DNA from: a virus
Length of the DNA: 12,704 nt
Direction: 5' to 3' (one strand)
Virus genome (UHGV): UHGV-0239954
Position numbers and translations under genes: made by a program. The notes under the pieces are model-generated. The model was not told the origin of the DNA and did no database searches. It was given only the letters and a program-made list of their open reading frames with translations. This document shows positions 1 to 7,538 of the stretch, one piece after another; position 1 is the first letter of the stretch, and every line of letters begins with the position of its first letter.

Positions 1-1364
1 TCTTCCTTTCTTGATTCTTTATAAACAATTGCTGCTGATTTTGCATACCATGAGTCAAAAAACCATTCTGCTTCTGTTGATGGAATGAAGCTCTTTTCTC
101 TTTTTGCATGCGAATTTTGATCGGTATCGGTTTTAATATCATTGAACCAAAAATTTGCCGACTGATAATTATCCTTCTCGTATCTTTTTATACCATACGG
201 ACCTGCTAGTTTTTTAACTATTTTTAGAACTTGCTCTTTTCTTCTGGTGTTTATCTTTGAAAGATTTGTAGGATAAATAACATTAAGTAAAGCCGCATCG
301 GCTTCTCTGTAATGTTTATCTTTTTCCAGATAACCTGGGGATTCTCCCCCTAAATCAAGCTGTAACGTTATTCTTTCATAACCTTTATCTATGAGGTGGT
401 TCAACCTCGTTGTTGAAAGAGTTTCATCCAGTTCATTGACTTTAGCTTCGCGTAGTAAATCAGAGACAAAAACAGAGTCTTTCTTCGAGAGTAGGTTTGA
501 CAAACGTTCCAGTCCAGAGGTCACCAGTGCAACGGAAGATGTGTTTAATCGGGCATCTTCTTCCCATGCTCCGGAATCTTCCATAACATAGAAATTGGCT
601 TTATCCAGATAAGCAATCAGCAGCGCAACCGACTTTAATCGGTCACCTTTTTGCCAATCTTCAGCGTTAATAGTACCAGTGTTGATTGCTTGTATAAGGA
701 GATCAAGGTAAAGACCTAACGCATCATTTTGTTTATGGTTCCACAGCTGCGGCTTGCCTTCTTCCTGCACATCTGCCATCACGGGGGAGTTGCTGTCAAA
801 TCGGATATGCACAGCATTCATTTGCACGGGAACTCCATCCAGTCGTTTTGGGTTGCTAATGACGTCCTGCATCCGCTTAATCTGGTCGGGCGTAGACATA
901 TAATCCCACAGGGTGAGCAGAACCTTTTTTGCGGCTACACTATTTCCCTGATCTGATACTAATGCCATATAGCCCCATAAACTATCCCTCAACCAGACAG
1001 CATCATAGTGGGTTTGTGCCGCTGTTTTGTCATCTTCGAAAGTAGAAGCAAGAATAAACGTTCCCCAGGGTTTCTCCGTCAACGTTAACTTTCGTGTGTT
1101 TTCTGTTAATGTTAGCAATCCTTGAATTTCGTCTTTGGTATAGTGGCTCTTTATTTCATTTTGTAATTTGGCTGAGTGAATCAAAAGACGATAATTAGGA
1201 TACTTATCTGGATTTAACGATAAATAACTTTTATCTGTTGCTGCCCCCGTGGAATTAAGAATGTTAAATACAGATTCACTCGTCACTTCTGCCCCTGTCG
1301 CCTGGCATGTGCCGCACGAAAATATACCAGCGAGCAGAAGAGTTAATGCAGATTTCCCTTTCAT
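1..1364 (-). CDS. Secreted glycoside hydrolase family 15-like protein (glucoamylase/trehalase-like); 3' end truncated by window edge
   Basis: Uninterrupted minus-strand frame from ATG at 1364-1362 to position 1, translated by hand with no stop; absent from the ORF track because it has no stop in the window. N-terminus MKGKSALTLLLAGIFSCGTCQA resembles a signal or lipoprotein peptide. Motifs HYDAVWLRDS and DSGAWEED resemble the GH15 W-x-RDS and catalytic WEE motifs. Region is visibly AT-rich compared with the element to its right. An in-frame alternative ATG lies at 1376. Confidence 0.55.
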   Translation of the reverse strand, partial: MKGKSALTLLLAGIFSCGTCQATGAEVTSESVFNILNSTGAATDKSYLSLNPDKYPNYRLLIHSAKLQNEIKSHYTKDEIQGLLTLTENTRKLTLTEKPWGTFILASTFEDDKTAAQTHYDAVWLRDSLWGYMALVSDQGNSVAAKKVLLTLWDYMSTPDQIKRMQDVISNPKRLDGVPVQMNAVHIRFDSNSPVMADVQEEGKPQLWNHKQNDALGLYLDLLIQAINTGTINAEDWQKGDRLKSVALLIAYLDKANFYVMEDSGAWEEDARLNTSSVALVTSGLERLSNLLSKKDSVFVSDLLREAKVNELDETLSTTRLNHLIDKGYERITLQLDLGGESPGYLEKDKHYREADAALLNVIYPTNLSKINTRRKEQVLKIVKKLAGPYGIKRYEKDNYQSANFWFNDIKTDTDQNSHAKREKSFIPSTEAEWFFDSWYAKSAAIVYKESRKE

Positions 1365-1597
1365 AAAATATTCCATCAATCGTTTGTTAAAAGCGTAGAT
1401 AACCACTTATTTAACAACTTGAAAATAAGGTGTTTTACCTGGGTTGTTACAAAAGGATTGCATTGCGTAAACGCTTTTTATTTACAACAAAATGGGGAAG
1501 TATTACGGCGATTGCGAAAAGTCTGAAGCGATTGAATTAAGATAATATAGAAAATCAGATACAGCAAAAATGGCAGATTGATCAGGTGAAGATAAAT

Positions 1598-1625
1598 TGG
1601 AGCGGGCGAAGGGAATCGAACCCTC
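1598..1625 (-). repeat. Partial tRNA-Gly 3' end (T-arm, 3' acceptor strand, CCA) = attachment-site repeat of an integrated element; not an intact tRNA
   Basis: Minus strand reads GAGGGTTCGATTCCCTTCGCCCGCTCCA: canonical T-loop GGTTCGATTCC, 7-nt acceptor 3' strand and CCA. This matches my recollection of the enterobacterial tRNA-Gly(CCC) glyU 3' end. The complementary 5' acceptor strand (GCGGGCG) and D/anticodon arms are absent from the adjacent ~90 nt, so only a ~28-nt fragment is present. An integrase gene starts 88 nt away. Confidence 0.6.
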
Positions 1626-1713
1626 ATAGCTAACCCATTGAATTGTGAACCAAAATAAGTAATCGCGGTACTTATCCCGGTAGTTGGTAGCGGTAGATTA
1701 CAAGGTAATTACC

Positions 1714-2940
1714 ATGCCAATCAAGAAGACTTCTTATCTTTATGCAAACAAAGATGGGATATTCATCTTTCAAATCTTTATCCCGGTGTACATGCGCCAC
1801 TTATGGCACGGGCGGCGCTCACTCAAGAAATCGACAGGCACGCGGGACATCATGCAAGCTCGCATATTCCGTGACCAATACTTATTAGAGTTCCGAAAGC
1901 TCCAGCTCATGATGAAACCGGATAACCCTATAAACCGGATTCATTCTGCTATTTCAGATCTTCACTTACTGGCGGGAATATCCAGCGACATTACCGCGCC
2001 CGTAACTACTCCAGCAGAACGAGGGAAACCAGCGTCGCCAAAATTGACAGATGTCAGTAAAGAATATGCAGAGCAATACAAAGATCGGCGCTCTTATTCC
2101 ACATTGAGTAAATCCGCTCGCGCTGTATCAGCATTCACTAAATCAACTAAGCGCCCAACAATTACAATAAACGGAATCGGGCGGCGGCTCGTCTCTGACT
2201 TTCTGAAAGCGAACCAAGATAAGTTTTCCCGGCAGACGCTGCAAAACTGGTTAACTTGCTTAGGTACGCTGTACGACTTCGCCCGGCGTAAATATGACAA
2301 TATCGCCCCTGATAATCCCTTTCACGGCCACAATCTGGAAGCCCGTCAGACAAACGAAAGTTACCAGCCGTTTGAACCGCACCAGCTACAGACATTAACA
2401 AAAAAGGCAGGTGACGAAATAAGGGATGTAATAATAATCGGGCTGTATTCCGGGATGCGTCTTGATGAAATAGCCAGCATTAAACGGGATGAGGTTGTCA
2501 CCATCGACGGCGTGCGGTGTTTCTATGTCAGTAAATCAAAAACAAAGGCGGGTATAAGGCATGTCCCTGTACACTCGCTGTTATTTGACATTGTTGATAA
2601 ATACCTCGCGCAAAACAGCGGGGAGTACCTGCTCCCCCAATCCAACAAAATTAAACGCGCGGATGGTAAACGTGGGCCGTGGTATTCTCAGACATTTACC
2701 CGCTTACGTCGCCGGGTACTACCAACAGCCACAGAGCGCCAGTGTTTCCACTCCCTGCGTGGTCACTTCATCACCTGCTTAGACCGGGCAGGTGTACCAG
2801 AACAGCGCATAGGAGCTATTACCGGGCATACAGAGAAAAAGGCAAAGACGGAAGCATTTAAAACGTACAGCCAAGGGGCTGGGATGAAAGAACTATCTGA
2901 ATACGTAGAGCTGGTAAGTTATCCAGAACTTGAATCATAA
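1714..2940 (+). CDS. int: Tyrosine recombinase / phage-type integrase
   Basis: ORF 1684-2940 in the track begins with TTG; first ATG is at 1714, preceded by AAGG 8 nt upstream. The C-terminal half has tyrosine recombinase hallmarks: conserved Arg in GMRLDE, H-x-x-R in FHSLRGH, and C-terminal Tyr candidates in KTY/SEYVEL. Position beside a tRNA-derived att site fits. Confidence 0.88.
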   Translation: MPIKKTSYLYANKDGIFIFQIFIPVYMRHLWHGRRSLKKSTGTRDIMQARIFRDQYLLEFRKLQLMMKPDNPINRIHSAISDLHLLAGISSDITAPVTTPAERGKPASPKLTDVSKEYAEQYKDRRSYSTLSKSARAVSAFTKSTKRPTITINGIGRRLVSDFLKANQDKFSRQTLQNWLTCLGTLYDFARRKYDNIAPDNPFHGHNLEARQTNESYQPFEPHQLQTLTKKAGDEIRDVIIIGLYSGMRLDEIASIKRDEVVTIDGVRCFYVSKSKTKAGIRHVPVHSLLFDIVDKYLAQNSGEYLLPQSNKIKRADGKRGPWYSQTFTRLRRRVLPTATERQCFHSLRGHFITCLDRAGVPEQRIGAITGHTEKKAKTEAFKTYSQGAGMKELSEYVELVSYPELES

Positions 2941-2942
2941 TT

Positions 2943-3371
2943 TCAGGCAGGGTAAATAATCCCCAGCCCGCGATACTGGCGGCGGTATTCTCTGACCAGA
3001 GCATCCGCCGTCGCCCTCGGCAGCTTCGCCATATGCCCGGTACGATAGCCACCCTCGGCAGAATTCGCTGCACGATGTACAACAGCCCGCACGCGCCCGG
3101 TTCTGTGGTCGTGGTCGAGGGTCGTGCTGCTGAACGCAACAGCCCGCCCGGTAACGGCACACCGTCGATACTGATAATTCCACAGAAAGCAACGCACCGC
3201 AGCCACGTCAGCACGGCGCAACTCCAGTCGCCCTGAACCATTCAACAGGAGGCGATACACATCGTCGAATGCAGCAGCGTTTCTAACGCGCTCAGCCAGC
3301 GGCATATTGCCAAGGAACTCCAGATAATCCCGCATTGCTTTTCTTAAAAGTTGGTCTGTCCGTGTAACCAT
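2943..3371 (-). CDS. Recombination endonuclease VII-like nuclease with degenerate zinc-binding site
   Basis: ATG at 3371 with GGAGA 9 nt upstream. Segment CAVTGRAVAFSSTTLDHDHRTGRVRAVVHRAAN matches the EndoVII signature C-x-x-C...DHDH-x-TG-x-VRG-LLC-x-x-CN as I recall it, but three of the four zinc-ligand cysteines are replaced (T, H, A). The catalytic DHDH and Asn are retained. Its stop lies 2 nt from the integrase stop, convergent. Confidence 0.6.
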   Translation of the reverse strand: MVTRTDQLLRKAMRDYLEFLGNMPLAERVRNAAAFDDVYRLLLNGSGRLELRRADVAAVRCFLWNYQYRRCAVTGRAVAFSSTTLDHDHRTGRVRAVVHRAANSAEGGYRTGHMAKLPRATADALVREYRRQYRGLGIIYPA

Positions 3372-3643
3372 GATTCAAAGTCTCCATTGTCAGACACAGC
3401 CCGCTTGCAGGCTTCGTATTCTTCGCGCTGGCGTTGGCATACCAGAGCATAAAGCTCATCAGCCACCGCATTTACGCGCCTATCACTGATACCGTTGCGA
3501 CGCATCTGCCCCAGCAGCTTACGAAATTCAGCCTCAAGCTCAGGCTCTCCTGTATCCATTACCCACTGTTTCAAGTCAGCGAGTGCGCCAGTCATTGGCG
3601 GCGGCTCGATGTACCGCCACCTTAATTTAATCGTCAAAGCCAT
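3344..3643 (-). CDS. Hypothetical small protein (99 aa)
   Basis: ORF 3344-3649; the second ATG at 3643 has GAGGA at about 6-nt spacing, so it is the preferred start. Overlaps neighbours on both sides (operon packing). No recognisable motif. Confidence 0.5.
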   Translation of the reverse strand: MALTIKLRWRYIEPPPMTGALADLKQWVMDTGEPELEAEFRKLLGQMRRNGISDRRVNAVADELYALVCQRQREEYEACKRAVSDNGDFESWLHGQTNF

Positions 3644-4052
3644 AAGCATTCCTCTTTATATCGTTTGCTCTCGCTTCACTGGCTTGTTTAAGCGTCATTC
3701 CTTCGATAGCTATATCCAGCAGTTCCTTTTGCTTACCAGCCAATCGCAAGGCGCTGTCTCTCCAGCAAAGCAGAAAGAAGATTGTCAGCACCTGTTTACT
3801 CAATCCATCCAGAAGATCGCCAAGTCCTTGATCCAGCAGACAGGCACGCCATGCAGCAGCGTGCTGCGTCATAGCACCGACTATCGGGATAGGTGCGCCA
3901 AGCATCGTCGCAAGCTGACTCATAACACTATTAGCATCGCCCGGATGCAGCCGGGGAATAGTCATGCGGCCAGCCTGCGCCAACAGCTCGGCGTACCTCT
4001 GGCGACGTGGGTCATCACATGCCAGCGGTTTAATTGGCTTTTCATCAGCCAT
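3627..4052 (-). CDS. Hypothetical protein (141 aa)
   Basis: ATG at 4052 preceded by GGAGG 9 nt upstream; 17-nt overlap with the downstream gene. No confident family assignment. Confidence 0.55.
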   Translation of the reverse strand: MADEKPIKPLACDDPRRQRYAELLAQAGRMTIPRLHPGDANSVMSQLATMLGAPIPIVGAMTQHAAAWRACLLDQGLGDLLDGLSKQVLTIFFLLCWRDSALRLAGKQKELLDIAIEGMTLKQASEARANDIKRNAYGFDD

Positions 4053-4070
4053 ATATGGAACCTCCGAGGA

Positions 4071-4598
4071 TTAGGCAGCCTGCAACAAATCGGCTGGCGT
4101 TGAGGGATGGTATCTGGCTTTAGCTTTTAGATAGGCAGCACGCGCCGCCGCTTCGGTTGTGAACAAGCCAAGGTGATGGCGTACACCATTAACGCGAATG
4201 TAAGCCTCCCATTTACCAGAACAAGAATGACGGCTATATCCCTTCGCTTTGCGGTAGTTGTGCTGATTCTCCTGCGGTGTAACAGCGCGGAGGTTGCCCG
4301 GTCGATTATCGGCACGTACAGCGTTAATGTGGTCGATTTGCAGACCGTCAGGGATACCACCATTAGCAATGATGAAGGCCACGCGATGCGCATAAATCGA
4401 GTGCGTCCTGCCGTCGATGCGGACAGACACGCGCCGATACCCGGCGCTGTCCGTTGCGGTGTCAGCCAGTTCCCCGGCCTCAGCATAAATCCGCTTGTTG
4501 ATTCCAATTCGGTCTACTGCATGGAACAGGCGGCCAGTCTCCGCATCGTATCGAAATAAAGAGCGTAGCAGCTCAGGGGCGTAAGCATCATTAACCAT
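4071..4598 (-). CDS. HNH endonuclease with AP2 DNA-binding domain (phage homing-endonuclease-like)
   Basis: ATG at 4598 with GGAGGGG upstream. N-terminal YDAETGRLFH, HNH core IDHINAVRADNRPGNLRAVTPQENQHN and C-terminal AP2-like SGKWEAYIRVNGVRHHLGLFTTEAAARAAY match the HNH_3 + AP2 architecture common in phages. Confidence 0.85.
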   Translation of the reverse strand: MVNDAYAPELLRSLFRYDAETGRLFHAVDRIGINKRIYAEAGELADTATDSAGYRRVSVRIDGRTHSIYAHRVAFIIANGGIPDGLQIDHINAVRADNRPGNLRAVTPQENQHNYRKAKGYSRHSCSGKWEAYIRVNGVRHHLGLFTTEAAARAAYLKAKARYHPSTPADLLQAA

Positions 4599-4614
4599 GA
4601 CTCAGCCCCTCCAG

Positions 4615-5610
4615 TTACACAGCTTGTCGGAAATTGATAACGCAGTCAGGGCGGCGCAGTCCAACATTGAACAGGCGATATGAGTCCATCACCATCGTCA
4701 TTTCGCGCTCATCATCCCACTGGCGATTGATAACGCTCTGCGCTTCGACTGTCACAAGTACAGACGCAGGCCGGAACAGCGTCGCCCGCGTCAGCGCTTC
4801 CTCTGAGGTAACGTCATAATCAGCGCCCAGTTCATGCCCGGTAATAGCTTCCTGCGGGTAACTGTTCAGCTCAATGACTCGTACCCCAGCGACATAGCCA
4901 ACTCGACGCCATGCGTAATCGTTGCCACTATCCCGGCTGTAACGGACGTTCATCAGCTTCTTATGTTCCATCAGGATGCTGAACCAAGCCGGGTCGATAA
5001 GCAGTACCAGCTCGGCCACCGGAATATCTTTCTCAGTGAGAAAGCGATTAGCAGCCGCTTTTACGACGTGAGCCAATTCGTTTGCGGCGTCCTCTTCGCT
5101 CCCCGCTGTCAGGTCGAGCGATACAACGTTATCCGTTAGTGGGTTAAACGTTGGTTGCAGTGTCGGCGGCGGTACAAAGTCAGTCGCTTTGATTAGCTGG
5201 ATGGTGTGCGCTTCGTCGTAGAATTTAGCGTGAGCAGTACCCATATTGCGGCTCAGCTCTGCGCGAAAGGTGGGCGCTGTCCAGTCGTCCTGATAGTCAA
5301 TCGGAATGCGGATATAGCTCAGCGTATCCACAGAGATAATCAGCTTATCCGACTTAACAGCGGTAGGCTCCAGCGATTGCCCTGCGGTTCTGCCCTTCAC
5401 CTCCAGATCACCACTCAGGCGATCAATGCGGTATTGGTTGCTGGCTTTCAGCGGCCTGTATGTAGACAGCCCCTCTGCCAGAAATACGGATTTGGACTCT
5501 AAACGGGTCTGGACATCCCGGTCATAAGCCTCGATGTGAATATCATTGTCGGATTCCACCCCGCCATAATGTGGGCGAAACAGATCGGGACTGTACGAAG
5601 TATCAGTCAT
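4615..5610 (-). CDS. Major capsid protein-like (T7 gp10-like, HK97-fold family), 331 aa
   Basis: ORF 4615-5655; preferred start is ATG at 5610 with TAGGAG 8 nt upstream (the two upstream ATGs lack a well-spaced SD). Segments KLIISVDTLSYIRIPIDYQD, LTEKDIPVAELVLLIDPAWFSILME and RPASVLVTVEAQSVINRQWDDE align in order and spacing with T7 gp10A segments KVITIDGLLTADVLIYDIED, LTKNYVPAADRVFYCDPDSYSAILAA and HRSAVGTVKLRDLALERARRANFQ as I recall them. Length is similar to gp10A. Confidence 0.6.
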   Translation of the reverse strand: MTDTSYSPDLFRPHYGGVESDNDIHIEAYDRDVQTRLESKSVFLAEGLSTYRPLKASNQYRIDRLSGDLEVKGRTAGQSLEPTAVKSDKLIISVDTLSYIRIPIDYQDDWTAPTFRAELSRNMGTAHAKFYDEAHTIQLIKATDFVPPPTLQPTFNPLTDNVVSLDLTAGSEEDAANELAHVVKAAANRFLTEKDIPVAELVLLIDPAWFSILMEHKKLMNVRYSRDSGNDYAWRRVGYVAGVRVIELNSYPQEAITGHELGADYDVTSEEALTRATLFRPASVLVTVEAQSVINRQWDDEREMTMVMDSYRLFNVGLRRPDCVINFRQAV

Positions 5611-5669
5611 AAACAAAACTCCTACGTAGGTTGATGAAGCCCGCGCCATCGTCATGGCACAGACGTGCG

Positions 5670-5694
5670 GAATCCTCCCGCCGAGGCAGGATTC
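5670..5694 (-). promoter_or_regulatory. Stable stem-loop in the leader of the capsid gene (possible RNA processing or stabilising element)
   Basis: GAATCCTGCC...GGGAGGATTC inverted repeat (9 bp with one mismatch, 5-nt loop), about 60 nt upstream of the capsid start inside the only sizeable intergenic gap (5611-5808) of the operon. No U-tract follows, so it is not a typical intrinsic terminator. Confidence 0.35.
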
Positions 5695-5808
5695 AGAACG
5701 GTATCGATTAAAGGGATGAGGTGCCCCGAAATGGGCGTTTTGAGGCCAGAGCTGGCGCGGTTCTCAGAGGTTAGTGCGCGTGAAGTAAGGCGAACGTATT
5801 ACCTTGCA

Positions 5809-6222
5809 TTAGTGCGCACTCATACGCGCCATGTTCAACACCTTCCGCACAGAGGTTTCAGACACGCCAACCTTACTTGCAATGTAACGATTCTTCTGGC
5901 CTTTTGCAGAGCGCTCGATAATGTCAGCGCGTACTGCCTCAGTGATCACCTTGCGGGGTCTGGCTCGATTCTTCTCGTGCCGTTCACGTTCGCGCATCCG
6001 CTCGGCCATCTTCGGCGGCAGCACAGGGGAAAGCCCACGGCTAACGCCAGAGGTGCGGGTGTCGGACGTGGCAGCTCGGGCAACGATATAAACCACTTCG
6101 TCTGGATTGAAAACGTGCTGCACACGCTCAGGGTAAATGTGGTCGCATCTACCCAGCGGCAAGGCGAAATCCGGGCGCACGTCAGCGACACGCTCCACGG
6201 CATGGAAATTACAGGTACTCAT
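5809..6222 (-). CDS. Small DNA-binding protein with C-terminal Hin/resolvase-type HTH; possible small-terminase-like or regulatory protein
   Basis: ATG at 6222 with GAGG 6 nt upstream. C-terminus RARPRKVITEAVRADIIERSAKGQKNRYIASKVGVSETSVRKVL fits the GRPRK...IA...GVS..TV.R.L pattern of Hin/resolvase HTH domains. No resolvase catalytic domain is present. Confidence 0.6.
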   Translation of the reverse strand: MSTCNFHAVERVADVRPDFALPLGRCDHIYPERVQHVFNPDEVVYIVARAATSDTRTSGVSRGLSPVLPPKMAERMRERERHEKNRARPRKVITEAVRADIIERSAKGQKNRYIASKVGVSETSVRKVLNMARMSAH

Positions 6223-6361
6223 TAGGAACCTCGGTTAATTAAAAACAGGCTTTTAGATGCCGCGCAGAATGCAGCTTGCGGGGACTCATGCGCTTAGATT
6301 GGTGTGGTAGTACCGGGTTGGAGCGCACTCAGTCTTGCAGGGCGCATTCCACCGTTGGGCG

Positions 6362-7048
6362 TTAGCGACCAGCACGTTTGCCAGCGGAGCGCTGCGCAAC
6401 CAGAGCGCGGTATTGAATGTCGTACTGGCGATGGCCGGGGCCATACCCTGATTGCTGCGCCCACTGCGAAAGCTGATCATACGCTGCAATAAACTCAGCA
6501 TGAGACATACCAACAGGTTGCGAGGCAGGCTGGCCGTATGGGTTCCCCTGTGATGGGACATAACCAGTCGCAGTGCCTGCGGCCATACGCTCTTGCAGAT
6601 AATGAACCGCCCGCTGCATCTGCGCAGGGTCGCCAGACATAACCATCCGTTCAAGGGTTGATTGCGTCCCGGCGTCGAGCGTGCCAGCGTACTGCAACAT
6701 CGCGTCAACTGTACCCTGCCCTAGCTGGCTTTCGACAGACTGGTGAAACTGCCCCATCAGCCCATGAAGTTCAGGAGTCAACTCAACAGTAGTGCCATCC
6801 TGTAATTGCAGTGTGTCGCCCACTTGTGCAGCAACATCAATCTGCTGGTCTTGCTGGTTGGCAAAGTTACTTTCGCTCCAGCTTTGATTAATGTTCGCTG
6901 GCTGCGTTTTCAGGAAATCAGCATCAGGTGTTGTCTGGTCGAATCGGCTAGCGCCGTTGTCAGCACCTACAGGTGCGGCCATGTACGGCGATTGCTGCGG
7001 CGCAGTATCAGCGCCCGAAAGATATGGATTAACATTCTGGTCAGCCAT
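6362..7048 (-). CDS. Acidic Gln-rich low-complexity protein; candidate capsid scaffolding protein
   Basis: ATG at 7048 with AGAGG 7 nt upstream; start overlaps the upstream stop (TAATG). Composition is Q/D/E/A/G-rich with no hydrophobic core pattern, and it sits upstream of the capsid gene, analogous to T7 gp9 upstream of gp10. Function is inference only. Confidence 0.6.
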   Translation of the reverse strand: MADQNVNPYLSGADTAPQQSPYMAAPVGADNGASRFDQTTPDADFLKTQPANINQSWSESNFANQQDQQIDVAAQVGDTLQLQDGTTVELTPELHGLMGQFHQSVESQLGQGTVDAMLQYAGTLDAGTQSTLERMVMSGDPAQMQRAVHYLQERMAAGTATGYVPSQGNPYGQPASQPVGMSHAEFIAAYDQLSQWAQQSGYGPGHRQYDIQYRALVAQRSAGKRAGR

Positions 7049-7050
7049 GA

Positions 7051-7290
7051 TTATGCAACCTCTTGTGATGTAACTCGGCGATGTGCCAGTTCAAGTAAAA
7101 GCATGTGTGCGTGTACGCAGCGTGGGGGAATCATCTTCTGACCGTGGTACGCCTTGCAGAGATCTTGTCTGTCAATTTGATACACACGAGCCAGATCGAT
7201 TTGGCGTAGATTCAAGGCATCAGCAATGAATTTCAGTTGTTGCCCGCACTCCACCGCGCGGCGCGGCTCCATTAAAATGATGGTGCTCAT
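7051..7290 (-). CDS. Small HTH DNA-binding protein (Cro/XRE-like), 79 aa
   Basis: ORF 7051-7332; preferred start is ATG at 7290 with GAGGA 8 nt upstream. Segment QQLKFIADALNLRQIDLARVYQIDRQDLCKAYHG has helix-turn-helix character. Confidence 0.55.
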   Translation of the reverse strand: MSTIILMEPRRAVECGQQLKFIADALNLRQIDLARVYQIDRQDLCKAYHGQKMIPPRCVHAHMLLLELAHRRVTSQEVA

Positions 7291-7304
7291 GAAATAATCC
7301 TCAG

Positions 7305-7538
7305 TTAGATAAGGCCATGACGACGCAACCAACGTCGCTCGCCAACGGAGCCACGCGGTCGCTGCCTTGGGTTCTGGTTTGGTGCTTGGCCGGGATCAGT
7401 TCGTCCTTCCCCGGACAGGTTCTGTGTCAGCACATCCCAGCCGCGTGATTCAAACGGGGCGTATCCCTCGCGCTGTTCGTCAAGGTTCACATAGAGATCA
7501 GGGTTAACGGCAGGGTGCAGCGGTTCGTTCTCTGCCAT
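7305..7538 (-). CDS. Hypothetical small protein (77 aa)
   Basis: ATG at 7538 overlaps the upstream stop (TGATG); the track start at 7541 is a GTG. Pro/Gly/Arg-rich, no recognisable motif. Confidence 0.4.
   Translation of the reverse strand: MAENEPLHPAVNPDLYVNLDEQREGYAPFESRGWDVLTQNLSGEGRTDPGQAPNQNPRQRPRGSVGERRWLRRHGLI

Noticed and set aside
391-956. Plus-strand ORFs 391-591 and 729-956
   Set aside because: They lie antisense inside the continuous minus-strand GH15-like frame, and their translations are low-complexity.
1598-1690. Possible complete tRNA gene on the minus strand
   Set aside because: Only the 3' ~28 nt are tRNA-like; no complementary 5' acceptor strand or D/anticodon arms in the adjacent sequence. 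Called as a partial att repeat instead.
1684-1713. Longer integrase N-terminus starting at 1684 (ORF track)
   Set aside because: The codon at 1684 is TTG with no SD; the first ATG at 1714 has an AAGG SD. Start set at 1714.
2858-4103. Plus-strand and alternative-frame ORFs (2858-3241, 2935-3192, 3033-3236, 3434-3625, 3495-4103)
   Set aside because: They overlap the better-supported minus-strand genes with SD sequences, have Arg/Ser/Pro/Cys-rich translations and no RBS; typical shadow ORFs.
5784-5800. T7-promoter-like TAATACG heptamer on the minus strand upstream of the capsid gene
   Set aside because: Only the first 7 nt match the 23-nt T7 class III consensus as I recall it; likely coincidence.
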